UHGV virus genome: UHGV-0098755 | Strand: one strand, 5' to 3' | DNA: 64,000 nucleotides | Source: a virus | Part shown: piece by piece, positions 39,747 to 49,257 of the stretch | Layout of the letters: every line of letters begins with the position of its first letter | Position numbering within the stretch: position 1 is the first letter of the stretch | Translations under genes and position numbers: made by a program | The notes under the pieces: model-generated | The model's input: only the letters and a program-made list of their open reading frames with translations | Databases searched by the model: none | Told to the model about the DNA's origin: nothing

Positions 39747-39833
39747 TGGTGGGGAGTGATGGAGTCGAACCACCCGAGTCGCAATGACAATGGATTTACA
39801 GTCCACACCGCTACCTCTACGGGATAACTCCCC
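39747..39833 (-). tRNA. tRNA-Tyr (anticodon GUA), long variable arm
   Basis: Hand-folded 87 nt; anticodon loop CUGUAAA; long extra arm; T-arm GGTTCGACTCC. Confidence 0.7.
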
Positions 39834-39842
39834 AAATTAATT

Positions 39843-39917
39843 TGGTGGCCCTGGGTGGAATTGAACCACCATCTGGCGATTATGAGTCGCTTGCTTGAAC
39901 CTTCCAGCTACAGGGCC
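39843..39917 (-). tRNA. tRNA with anticodon CAU (Ile2/Met type; T4 tRNA-Ile equivalent)
   Basis: Hand-folded; anticodon loop CUCAUAA; T-arm GGTGGTTCAATTCCACC. Confidence 0.7.
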
Positions 39918-39918
39918 T

Positions 39919-39994
39919 TGGTGCTGATTGACGGAATCGAACCGCCGACCTTCTCATTACAAGTGAGTTGCTCTACCTACTGAGCTAAATCAGC
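39919..39994 (-). tRNA. tRNA-Thr (anticodon UGU)
   Basis: Hand-folded; anticodon loop CUUGUAA; D-arm GCTC/GAGC. Confidence 0.8.
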
Positions 39995-39999
39995 AAAAC

Positions 40000-40089
40000 T
40001 GGCGGAGGCGATAGGATTTGAACCTATGAGTCGCCGGAGCGACTGCCGGTTTTCAAGACCGGTGCATTAAACCACTCTGCCACGCCTCC
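40000..40089 (-). tRNA. tRNA-Ser (anticodon UGA), long variable arm
   Basis: Hand-folded 90 nt; anticodon loop CUUGAAA. Confidence 0.8.
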
Positions 40090-40091
40090 AG

Positions 40092-40165
40092 TCTCCATAC
40101 AAGGATTTGAACCTTGGACCTCCTGATCCCAAATCAGGCGCTCTACCAAACTGAGCTACACGGAG
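40092..40165 (-). tRNA. tRNA-Pro (anticodon UGG), CCA not encoded
   Basis: Hand-folded; anticodon loop UUUGGGA; T-arm AAGGTTCAAATCCTT. Confidence 0.75.
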
Positions 40166-40175
40166 TAAATTAAAT

Positions 40176-40249
<74 letters not shown>

Positions 40250-40254
40250 AAATT

Positions 40255-40341
40255 TGGTGCGAGAAGTGGGACTCGAACCCACAAGGAAATCATTCCGCAG
40301 CATTTTAAGTGCTGTGCCTTTACCAATTTGACCATTCTCGC
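40255..40341 (-). tRNA. tRNA-Leu (anticodon UAA), long variable arm
   Basis: Hand-folded 87 nt; anticodon loop CUUAAAA. Confidence 0.8.
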
Positions 40342-40342
40342 G

Positions 40343-40415
40343 CTGGGAATAAAGGACTCGAACCTTTGCATCTAGCAGTCAAAGTGCTATGCCTTACCAA
40401 CTTGGCTAATTCCCA
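40343..40415 (-). tRNA. tRNA-Gln (anticodon UUG), CCA not encoded
   Basis: Hand-folded; anticodon loop CUUUGAC; abuts tRNA-Leu 5' end. Confidence 0.75.
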
Positions 40416-40575
40416 ATTATTAACAAAGGCTCTTAAGCAAGAACCCTTGATGATAGAGGGTATTAATCAGTGCGATATGAGTTAATAATAACAAATAATT
40501 CTTAAAGCAAATTAAACATTTTAACGGTCGGCAAAACAATTTCTTCTTCTATATAAGAGTATTTAACACTCTCAA

Positions 40576-41025
40576 CTACACGCAAAAATCATAATCATAA
40601 TACTCAGAAGCATTACCTAAAATATTAATAAGTCCTTCAAGCACTTTATTACCATTCACAAAGAATAAGTCAAATACACGTTCTTCATCTTCTTCAGATT
40701 TATTACCAAGGTCAACTTCTATATCAAAGACCTTTTTAATGAATTCTGGATAAAGTTGGTCTGAGAACAGTCCTTCAACCAAGTATTCATAGATAAAAAG
40801 CGATTGCTCACTGAACGAAGCATTACCACAATAGTGCTCAATTTTAGTACTAGAATGTCGGCTTTTAAACTTCTTTAAAAGATATTGGAATTGTAAGATT
40901 TCATGCTCTTCTACGCCAAACAGTGTTTTGGTTTTATAGTTGTCACCATCATTTTCCCAGGTAGTGACATCAATTACGTAACCCTGCGGAATTGTAGTAC
41001 CCAAACAAATATTCATTTTCACCAC
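40576..41025 (-). CDS. hypothetical protein
   Basis: 149 aa. Confidence 0.5.
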   Translation of the reverse strand: MVKMNICLGTTIPQGYVIDVTTWENDGDNYKTKTLFGVEEHEILQFQYLLKKFKSRHSSTKIEHYCGNASFSEQSLFIYEYLVEGLFSDQLYPEFIKKVFDIEVDLGNKSEEDEERVFDLFFVNGNKVLEGLINILGNASEYYDYDFCV

Positions 41026-41315
41026 GCTGCATTAATGTAAGTATATTTAATACATTCAAGACCCAAAGGATTCTTGAAAATATCATATTCAAGAGGACCT
41101 TTTTCTGTTTCAATAAAGAAATCAAAATTTACTGTATTAAATTTACGGTCTTCCTTTACTAATTTAACTTGAGAAGATGAACGGTCAATGTAAACCTTTT
41201 CAACTTCAAAACATGTTAAAATGCCATAATCATCAATCAAGGCTTTAGCCGCATCTTGATCATATTTATATCCATTTTCAATGGATGATACTTTCGCATA
41301 AAGAATCACTATCAA
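41019..41315 (-). CDS. hypothetical protein
   Basis: 98 aa. Confidence 0.45.
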   Translation of the reverse strand: MIVILYAKVSSIENGYKYDQDAAKALIDDYGILTCFEVEKVYIDRSSSQVKLVKEDRKFNTVNFDFFIETEKGPLEYDIFKNPLGLECIKYTYINAAW

Positions 41316-41722
41316 CCTCTATCAACAATAGCATGAGTATGGGCATTTACAATTTGCCACCAATCGAAACGATTGGAACCATAATCTGGTTTATTTTCAT
41401 TTTCTTTAATGATATCACGCAGTTTATCTTCTGTTTCAGCATACGCAATTAAATCATCATATCCACCACAAGGATAATAATTATCACCCGCGAATAAAAG
41501 AAAATTTACCTTAGATGGATTTACGTAATAATGGTCTTTAGGATATTTAGTTCCTCTCCAATCAGTTACTTCAACATAACGATAAGAAAATCCATTTTTA
41601 CTTTCAATCCAACTCCACGCTTCAAAAGGAGTATTAAAAACTTTATCAGGTATTAAATTACCTTCAAAATGAGAAGGATTTGCATAATCCCCGGCATAAA
41701 CATAATATTCGTTAATACTCAT
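41312..41722 (-). CDS. hypothetical protein
   Basis: 136 aa, aromatic-rich. Confidence 0.5.
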   Translation of the reverse strand: MSINEYYVYAGDYANPSHFEGNLIPDKVFNTPFEAWSWIESKNGFSYRYVEVTDWRGTKYPKDHYYVNPSKVNFLLFAGDNYYPCGGYDDLIAYAETEDKLRDIIKENENKPDYGSNRFDWWQIVNAHTHAIVDRG

Positions 41723-41908
41723 TTATTCACCTTTAGAAATTTTATCCATAACGATAGCGATTAAACCAATTAAAAATGCTACTACAAGTGAAAACACATT
41801 TTCTGCTGTAGTTAATAATCCGCATATAAATCCAGCAAACATTGAAAAACTAAAAGCGGAAGCAGAAATTGCAATAGCAACATTTCGAATTAATTCACAA
41901 CGTTTCAT
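41723..41908 (-). CDS. small membrane protein
   Basis: 61 aa, two hydrophobic helices; early promoter upstream. Confidence 0.45.
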   Translation of the reverse strand: MKRCELIRNVAIAISASAFSFSMFAGFICGLLTTAENVFSLVVAFLIGLIAIVMDKISKGE

Positions 41909-41935
41909 TTTATTCTCCTCAGTAGTTGATAGGGT

Positions 41936-41967
41936 AATAATATCACTACCCCATCTAAAAGTAAACG
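41936..41967 (-). promoter_or_regulatory. T4 early-type promoter
   Basis: GTTTAC ... TGATATTATTACC. Confidence 0.5.
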
Positions 41968-41976
41968 GTTTATAAA

Positions 41977-42285
41977 CTATTTTATTCCGCGTGATGCAAT
42001 TGTGTTCTGCCGTTTAACGCCAGTTTGTTTAAAGTCATGATTGTCAATTTGATCGGTACGAGCAACTCCGAATGATGATTTGATCTTAGCTTTAGATCCT
42101 TTAGTTATAGAAATAAACATCTCGGAAGCCCCTTTCTTAAAGTCCGAGGCGATTACTTCAACGCCGTTCTTAGCAAGTGACTTCAGAATTGCCTCTGCAT
42201 ACTCATCGTCAAGACTCGTCTGAGTATTAATAACGAATGTCTTTGGCGCAGCCGCTTCATTGATAAATTCTTTAAATGTTTTCAT
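41977..42285 (-). CDS. capsid-targeted internal protein (IP family, 102 aa)
   Basis: N-terminus MKTFKEFINEA is a variant capsid-targeting sequence; own early promoter; at the ipI locus. Confidence 0.6.
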   Translation of the reverse strand: MKTFKEFINEAAAPKTFVINTQTSLDDEYAEAILKSLAKNGVEVIASDFKKGASEMFISITKGSKAKIKSSFGVARTDQIDNHDFKQTGVKRQNTIASRGIK

Positions 42286-42313
42286 TTTATTTTCCTAATT
42301 AATTTTTGATGAG

Positions 42314-42347
42314 ATAATAGTATCACAACCCTATTTAAAAGTAAACT
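42314..42347 (-). promoter_or_regulatory. T4 early-type promoter for the 102 aa IP gene
   Basis: GTTTACT ... TGATACTATTATC. Confidence 0.5.
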
Positions 42348-42619
42348 CATTTTAAATAAATTGCGTATTTTTTATAACCCGCTGACTCATGACGAAGACC
42401 CTTATCATTAGCAAAACGCTCAATGTTGTTAATTTGATTCTGGTCAAGTTCAGAGATGTCAAACACGAAAAAATTACGTTTGTTACCAACTGTTACATAG
42501 TCAGTTAAATCAATATCATATAGGTAATTGATGTCAGCAATCAAAGTCTTGACAGCTTTGCTAATTTTTACTTTTTCGTTAAAAGCAGCTTCAGCAATAA
42601 ATTCTTGATACGTTTTCAT
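42347..42619 (-). CDS. capsid-targeted internal protein (IP family, 90 aa)
   Basis: N-terminus MKTYQEFIAEA is the canonical T4 capsid-targeting sequence; own early promoter. Confidence 0.65.
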   Translation of the reverse strand: MKTYQEFIAEAAFNEKVKISKAVKTLIADINYLYDIDLTDYVTVGNKRNFFVFDISELDQNQINNIERFANDKGLRHESAGYKKYAIYLK

Positions 42620-42647
42620 TTTATTTTCCTAATTAATTTTGATGAGG

Positions 42648-42680
42648 TAATAGTATCACTACTAAAACCCCATGTAAACA
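42648..42680 (-). promoter_or_regulatory. T4 early-type promoter for the 90 aa IP gene
   Basis: TGTTTACA ... TGATACTATTACC. Confidence 0.5.
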
Positions 42681-42691
42681 ACTTTGTGAAA

Positions 42692-43388
<697 letters not shown>

Positions 43389-43389
<1 letters not shown>

Positions 43390-44114
43390 TATAGTACCTT
43401 TAGTGTATTTTTAATTTTAGAAAAAAGTTCTTCAAGAGAACCATCGTTTGTAATTACTAAATCGCCATCACGAATTGGCAATCCAGCTTCTGTAATATGT
43501 GTATCATTGGATTTTTGACCAGGACGAACTACATGAATTACTGTAGCACCCATCGCCCTAGCCGCATCCATTTCATGATCTTGACGAGTATCAGGAACGA
43601 TATAATAATCATAACCTGAGTTAAATTTATCAAGATAATCTAAAGCAAATAATTTTACCCAATACATGCGGTCGAAGTTATTAACAATCAAATCCGTACC
43701 TAGGGCTTGCATCAGACGACGGACTGACCATTGATCTTCAATATTATTTATAACGTCAGCAATCTTGTTAAATGCTACGAAAGTAACTGATTCCTTTCCT
43801 TCGTCATCAAAAACAAACACACCTTTAATTGGGCTTTTACTATTAAGATAGCAAAATGCTTGTTCCATAATCGTAATTACTTCTAATTTAGTCAGATTTA
43901 AATTAGTCTCACGATCATAGTCAATTCCTTCAAACTCTTTACGAGTTAAACAAGGATAGTCAGTGTTTGCTGCAAATACTCCCCATGCATAAGCCAATGC
44001 ATCTTTAATAGGACCAGCAAGTTGATATTTAACTGCAGAATAATTATTCATGATAAAATCTGCAGTAGTATCTTTTCCACTACGCTTTACACCACTTAAA
44101 AAGATTAGTTTCAT
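43389..44114 (-). CDS. 1: deoxynucleoside monophosphate kinase gp1
   Basis: 241 aa; P-loop GVKRSGKDT. Confidence 0.9.
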
Positions 44115-44163
44115 ATGTTTCTCCTCAAATTTAGTTAAGATTATAACACATGAAACTGAAGCA

Positions 44164-44694
44164 TTAAACTTCTGCTATAATTTTACCATCTTTTTCTACT
44201 TGAAAATACGTATAAGGAATCGTTGCTGTACATACTAAAGCTGGGTCTGAATCTTCCGTGTAGCTAAATTCTACTTCAGACAGGTCAGAAACCCAAGGCT
44301 TATAAAAATTTATTGACATCACGATTTCAGTTTTACTGTTATCTAAAATGTAAAGCGTAATGTATTCAGGACCTGTTTTTTGGGCAGTATTTTCGCCTGT
44401 AAGATAGTTGCTAGTTCCTAGCATCCATTCATACATTCCTATCCACGACTTAAGTTCTTCATCAACTATAAATCTCACAATGAGTGGGTCGTACTCAAAT
44501 GTAACACCTGGACGTTGTGCTCGGCCTAGTCCAAACGGCCCAGTCACGGTATCAGTAACAGGTATCCTAATTCCCGGAATAGGAACTGACTGAGCATTTA
44601 AAGTAAAAGCGGATGTAGTATTACTATGCGGTATTGATACTACAAAGTTAGTTGTATTTGCTTGGTTAAAAATTTGTTGTAGTGCTTGCGACAT
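44164..44694 (-). CDS. 3: tail sheath stabiliser/terminator gp3
   Basis: Track ORF 44164..44775 trimmed to Met (MSQALQQIF...) giving 176 aa as T4 gp3. Confidence 0.8.
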   Translation of the reverse strand: MSQALQQIFNQANTTNFVVSIPHSNTTSAFTLNAQSVPIPGIRIPVTDTVTGPFGLGRAQRPGVTFEYDPLIVRFIVDEELKSWIGMYEWMLGTSNYLTGENTAQKTGPEYITLYILDNSKTEIVMSINFYKPWVSDLSEVEFSYTEDSDPALVCTATIPYTYFQVEKDGKIIAEV

Positions 44695-44800
44695 ATATTC
44701 CTCATAATGCTTCATAAATGTTGGTGGTATAATGGGTCTAAGTCCCTTCCATTCAATTCCAATTAGAACAAACAATAGAAAAGAATGGAAGATAATAGAA

Positions 44801-45625
44801 TTAGATATTTGACCAGACTTTGTTTGCAGAGAAACGTTTTCCTTTTGAAACGAACTGCTGAAGTGGCATTAATACAACGTTCGCCCAGTCTTTCGGGGCG
44901 ATTTCAACAAGGTTACCCATAATATTACCAGGTATATATGCCTTAATCATTTGGTCTGCACCCCTAAATCCTTTCACTTGACTCCAATCAATTTTTAATT
45001 TCGTTTTATTAGTAATAGTAGGTGTATTTGAATATTGCTTTAAAAGCTCTTCTAGAAATTGCTGACGAGCTTTAGGTGGAATATAGTGCAAGTTCAATCC
45101 ATACATTAAATTATGTTTACCTAAACCAAGGTAGATTATCAAAGGAAATTTATCCCAGTAAGGAAGAGTTTCTTTGTGTTTAGCATCGTAAGCAAAAGCA
45201 TATATTCGTCCCGGCTGCGGGCGAACAACTTTATGTCCTTTTACTTGCTTAATAGTTTCAGCAAACCACTTTCTGGTTTTATTATTAATTGCTGCACCTT
45301 CATTACGAATTTTATCACGCAATGTTTGCCTGAATGAATTTATCATAAGCAGTTGTCTTTCTTGCTTATTGAGTTTATTCATTGGTTTTGATTCAAGCTT
45401 TTGAATCTTTTCAGCCGTTTTAATTCCTGAAGCATATTTTGACATTGCCGAAGTAAACGTAGAGTATTTGATTCCTCTTTCTTCAGCAAATTGCTTTCCT
45501 GACATTCCTTTTGCTTTGGCCTTTCTGTATTCAAGACCTATCTGAATCCATTTCTTTTCGTTTAATGATTGCTTAACCTTTGGAACTTGGGGAGTGCTTT
45601 CATTAATTATTTGAAAAATAGCCAT
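44801..45625 (-). CDS. 2: DNA end-protector protein gp2
   Basis: 274 aa, size and position as T4 gp2. Confidence 0.85.
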   Translation of the reverse strand: MAIFQIINESTPQVPKVKQSLNEKKWIQIGLEYRKAKAKGMSGKQFAEERGIKYSTFTSAMSKYASGIKTAEKIQKLESKPMNKLNKQERQLLMINSFRQTLRDKIRNEGAAINNKTRKWFAETIKQVKGHKVVRPQPGRIYAFAYDAKHKETLPYWDKFPLIIYLGLGKHNLMYGLNLHYIPPKARQQFLEELLKQYSNTPTITNKTKLKIDWSQVKGFRGADQMIKAYIPGNIMGNLVEIAPKDWANVVLMPLQQFVSKGKRFSANKVWSNI

Positions 45626-46077
45626 TATGCCCCCTTAAAGCCAAGAGCTCTTAATCCATCTTCTGTTAGAATTCTAAATTTTATTCCACGCTTTTCAGCT
45701 AAAGCTTGAGCTGCTTTCCATTTGTCAGTATTAACGGAATATGTATAAATTTCATTCATAAATCTTTTCTTCGCTGCAGTTGTTAGATGTGCTGGTTTAA
45801 CTGGTGGTTGTGTTTCTTTTTTAGGCTTTATTTCAATAAAAAATTCTTGTCCAGAAGAATCTTTCATCCAAATATCCATGAAGTATCTACGTTTTTTCCC
45901 TTCTGCATTACAAAAATAAGGAATTACTGCTGTTTCACTACCCCATGCAATAATTTCTGGATTTTTATCTAACCATTCAAAAAAGAATTTTTCCCAATTT
46001 GATCTATACGTAATTTTTTTAGGGTCACCTCTATATTTTGATATATTTTTAGGAACCCATTTTCCAGAATATGCCAT
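45625..46077 (-). CDS. 4: head completion protein gp4
   Basis: 150 aa, size and position as T4 gp4; late promoter upstream. Confidence 0.85.
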   Translation of the reverse strand: MAYSGKWVPKNISKYRGDPKKITYRSNWEKFFFEWLDKNPEIIAWGSETAVIPYFCNAEGKKRRYFMDIWMKDSSGQEFFIEIKPKKETQPPVKPAHLTTAAKKRFMNEIYTYSVNTDKWKAAQALAEKRGIKFRILTEDGLRALGFKGA

Positions 46078-46088
46078 TGGATTCTCCT

Positions 46089-46096
46089 TATAAATA
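46089..46096 (+). promoter_or_regulatory. T4 late promoter (TATAAATA) for gene 53
   Basis: Exact TATAAATA about 30 nt upstream of gene 53 ATG. Confidence 0.7.
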
Positions 46097-46103
46097 GATA
46101 ATA

Positions 46104-46111
46104 TATTTATA
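46104..46111 (-). promoter_or_regulatory. T4 late promoter (TATAAATA) for gene 4, divergent from the gene 53 promoter
   Basis: TATAAATA on minus strand about 27 nt upstream of gene 4 ATG. Confidence 0.65.
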
Positions 46112-46124
46112 AACAGGAGGGCCC

Positions 46125-46715
46125 ATGCTCTTTACATTTTTTGATCCGATTGAATATGCGGCCAAAACGGTGAATAAAAACGCGCCGACTATTCCTATGA
46201 CAGATATTTTTAGAAACTATAAAGACTATTTTAAACGCGCTCTTGCGGGATACCGCTTACGTACTTATTATATTAAAGGTTCACCACGCCCGGAAGAATT
46301 AGCAAATGCTATATATGGAAATCCGCAGTTGTATTGGGTTTTATTGATGTGTAATGATAATTATGATCCGTATTATGGATGGATTACTTCGCAAGAAGCT
46401 GCTTATCAAGCATCTATACAAAAATACAAAAATGTAGGTGGAGACCAAATAGTATATCATGTGAATGAAAACGGTGAAAAATTTTATAATTTAATATCAT
46501 ACGATGATAATCCATATGTTTGGTATGACAAAGGCGATAAAGCTAGAAAATATCCTCAATATGAAGGAGCACTTGCTGCGGTAGATACGTATGAAGCTGC
46601 TGTTCTTGAAAATGAAAAACTTCGTCAAATAAAAATAATAGCAAAATCAGACATCAATTCATTTATGAACGACCTTATACGTATAATGGAGAAATCTTAT
46701 GGAAATGATAAGTAA
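46125..46715 (+). CDS. 53: baseplate wedge protein gp53
   Basis: 196 aa; first gene of plus-strand late operon; late promoter upstream. Confidence 0.88.
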   Translation: MLFTFFDPIEYAAKTVNKNAPTIPMTDIFRNYKDYFKRALAGYRLRTYYIKGSPRPEELANAIYGNPQLYWVLLMCNDNYDPYYGWITSQEAAYQASIQKYKNVGGDQIVYHVNENGEKFYNLISYDDNPYVWYDKGDKARKYPQYEGALAAVDTYEAAVLENEKLRQIKIIAKSDINSFMNDLIRIMEKSYGNDK

Positions 46716-48426
46716 TAACCTTAATTGGTTTGTTGGTGTTGTTGAAGATAGAATGGACCCATTAAAATTAGGTCGTGTTCGTGTTCGTGTAGTTGGTCTG
46801 CATCCACCTCAAAGAGCACAAGGCGACGTAATGGGTATTCCAACCGATAAATTGCCATGGATGTCAGTTATTCAACCTATAACTTCTGCAGCAATGTCTG
46901 GAATTGGAGGTTCTGTTACAGGGCCAGTAGAAGGAACTAGAGTTTATGGTCATTTTTTAGACAAATGGAAAACTAACGGAATTGTCCTTGGCACTTATGG
47001 CGGAATAGTTCGCGAAAAGCCTAATAGACTTGAAGGATTTTCTGACCCGACTGGACAGTATCCTAGACGTCTAGGAAATGATACTAACGTATTAAACCAA
47101 GGCGGAGAAGTAGGATATGATTCGTCTTCTAATATTATTCAAGATAGTAATCTAGACACTGCGATAAATCCTGATGATAGACCGCTATCAGAGATTCCAA
47201 CTGATGATAATCCAAATATGTCAATGGCTGAAATGCTTCGCCGTGATGAAGGATTAAGACTAAAAGTTTATTGGGATACTGAAGGATATCCGACAATTGG
47301 TATTGGTCATCTTATCATGAAGCAGCCAGTTCGTGATATGGCCCAAATTAATAAAGTTTTATCAAAACAAGTTGGTCGTGAAATTACTGGAAATCCAGGT
47401 TCTATTACAATGGAAGAAGCGGTAACTTTATTTGAACGTGATTTGGCTGATATGCAACGTGACATTAAATCACATTCTAAAGTTGGCCCAGTTTGGCAGG
47501 CAGTTAATCGTTCTCGTCAAATGGCATTAGAAAATATGGCATTTCAGATGGGTGTTGGTGGTGTAGCTAAATTTAACACAATGTTAACTGCTATGTTAGC
47601 CGGAGATTGGGAAAAAGCATATAAAGCCGGTCGTGATTCATTGTGGTATCAACAAACAAAAGGCCGTGCATCCCGTGTTACCATGATTATTCTTACAGGG
47701 AATTTGGAATCATACGGTATTGAAGTGAAAACTCCAGCTAGGTCTTTATCAGCAATGGCTGCGACTGTAGCTAAATCTTCTGATCCAGCTGATCCTCCTA
47801 TTCCGAATGATTCGAGAATTTTATTCAAAGAACCTGTTTCTTCATATAAAGGTGAATATCCGTATGTTCACACAATGGAAACTGAAAGCGGTCATATTCA
47901 GGAATTTGATGATACCCCTGGGCAAGAACGATACAGATTAGTTCATCCAACTGGAACTTATGAAGAAGTATCACCGTCAGGAAGAAGAACAAGAAAAACT
48001 GTTGATAATTTGTATGATATAACCAACGCTGATGGTAATTTTTTGGTAGCTGGCGATAAAAAGACTAACGTCGGTGGATCAGAAATTTATTACAACATGG
48101 ATAATCGTCTTCACCAAATAGATGGAAGCAATACAATATTTGTACGTGGCGATGAAACTAAGACGGTTGAAGGTAATGGAACTATCCTAGTCAAAGGTAA
48201 TGTTACTATTGTAGTTGAAGGTAATGCTGACATTACAGTTAAAGGAGATGCTACCACTTTAGTTGAAGGTAATCAAACTAATACAGTAAATGGAAATCTT
48301 TCTTGGAAAGTTGCTGGGACAGTTGATTGGGACGTTGGTGGTGATTGGACAGAAAAAATGGCATCTATGAGTTCTATTTCATCTGGTCAATACACAATTG
48401 ATGGATCGAGGATTGACATTGGCTAA
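46699..48426 (+). CDS. 5: baseplate hub / tail-associated lysozyme gp5
   Basis: 575 aa; OB-fold N-terminus, central lysozyme domain, C-terminal VxGxxxxx beta-helix repeats. Confidence 0.95.
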   Translation: MEMISNNLNWFVGVVEDRMDPLKLGRVRVRVVGLHPPQRAQGDVMGIPTDKLPWMSVIQPITSAAMSGIGGSVTGPVEGTRVYGHFLDKWKTNGIVLGTYGGIVREKPNRLEGFSDPTGQYPRRLGNDTNVLNQGGEVGYDSSSNIIQDSNLDTAINPDDRPLSEIPTDDNPNMSMAEMLRRDEGLRLKVYWDTEGYPTIGIGHLIMKQPVRDMAQINKVLSKQVGREITGNPGSITMEEAVTLFERDLADMQRDIKSHSKVGPVWQAVNRSRQMALENMAFQMGVGGVAKFNTMLTAMLAGDWEKAYKAGRDSLWYQQTKGRASRVTMIILTGNLESYGIEVKTPARSLSAMAATVAKSSDPADPPIPNDSRILFKEPVSSYKGEYPYVHTMETESGHIQEFDDTPGQERYRLVHPTGTYEEVSPSGRRTRKTVDNLYDITNADGNFLVAGDKKTNVGGSEIYYNMDNRLHQIDGSNTIFVRGDETKTVEGNGTILVKGNVTIVVEGNADITVKGDATTLVEGNQTNTVNGNLSWKVAGTVDWDVGGDWTEKMASMSSISSGQYTIDGSRIDIG

Positions 48427-48955
48427 TATACTTCCAATGAGCGCTGATTTAGGAGAATCCATGGAAGGTTCTTCTATCGACGTCACCTTTACCGCTCAAT
48501 TAGAAACAGGTGAAACGTTAGTATCTATAAATATAACTAGTTACGAAGAAACTCCTGGGGTTTTAGTAGAAGAAAATCGTTTATATGGAACGTATGAATC
48601 TGTATTTGGATTTGGAAATGATGCATTGAAATATCGTTTAGATAATGAATTTAAAACCGCTGCTTCATGGGAAGACCTTCCAACTGATTCTAATACTCAG
48701 TTATATCTATGGAAAGCTCCTCAAAACCTCCAGAAGACATTCACTTACGAAGTAACATTAATATATGACTACCAAGAACAAAGTGAATCTGGAGGTTCTG
48801 GCAGTAATTCTAGGTCATCTTCTGATACTACTGAACCAACGAATCCTCCAGCTCCAATAAGAAAAACTCTTGTTAAAAATTACACAAAAACTATAGTTGG
48901 AAATTGGAGTCGTTGGGCTAATAAATTGAGAAGCTATGTGTATGAGAGGCCATAA
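48398..48955 (+). CDS. 5.1: gp5.1
   Basis: 185 aa ORF between 5 and 5.4. Confidence 0.7.
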   Translation: MMDRGLTLANILPMSADLGESMEGSSIDVTFTAQLETGETLVSINITSYEETPGVLVEENRLYGTYESVFGFGNDALKYRLDNEFKTAASWEDLPTDSNTQLYLWKAPQNLQKTFTYEVTLIYDYQEQSESGGSGSNSRSSSDTTEPTNPPAPIRKTLVKNYTKTIVGNWSRWANKLRSYVYERP

Positions 48956-49249
48956 ATGTCAGGATTAAGTTATGATAAGTGTGTTACTGCTGGCCATGAA
49001 GCATGGCCTCCAACAGTTGTGAATTCTACACAAAGTAAAGTATTCACTGGAGGAATTGCTGTTCTCGTAGCAGGTGATCCAATTACAGAACATACAGAAA
49101 TTAAAAAGCCATATGAAACACATGGCGGAGTGACACAACCTAGAACTTCTAAGGTATATGTCACTGGAAAGAAAGCTGTTCAAATGGCTGATCCAATATC
49201 ATGCGGTGATACTGTGGCTCAGGCATCATCTAAAGTATTCATTAAATAG
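48956..49249 (+). CDS. 5.4: PAAR-repeat spike-tip protein gp5.4
   Basis: 97 aa; size and position of T4 gp5.4. Confidence 0.8.
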   Translation: MSGLSYDKCVTAGHEAWPPTVVNSTQSKVFTGGIAVLVAGDPITEHTEIKKPYETHGGVTQPRTSKVYVTGKKAVQMADPISCGDTVAQASSKVFIK

Positions 49250-49257
49250 GATTTAAA

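Noticed and set aside
48965-49183. Minus-strand ORFs inside the late genes (e.g. 48965..49183, 53065..53424, 57620..57913, 61157..61435)
   Set aside because: Antisense to conserved structural genes, no promoter or ribosome-binding site context, Ser/Cys-rich translations.
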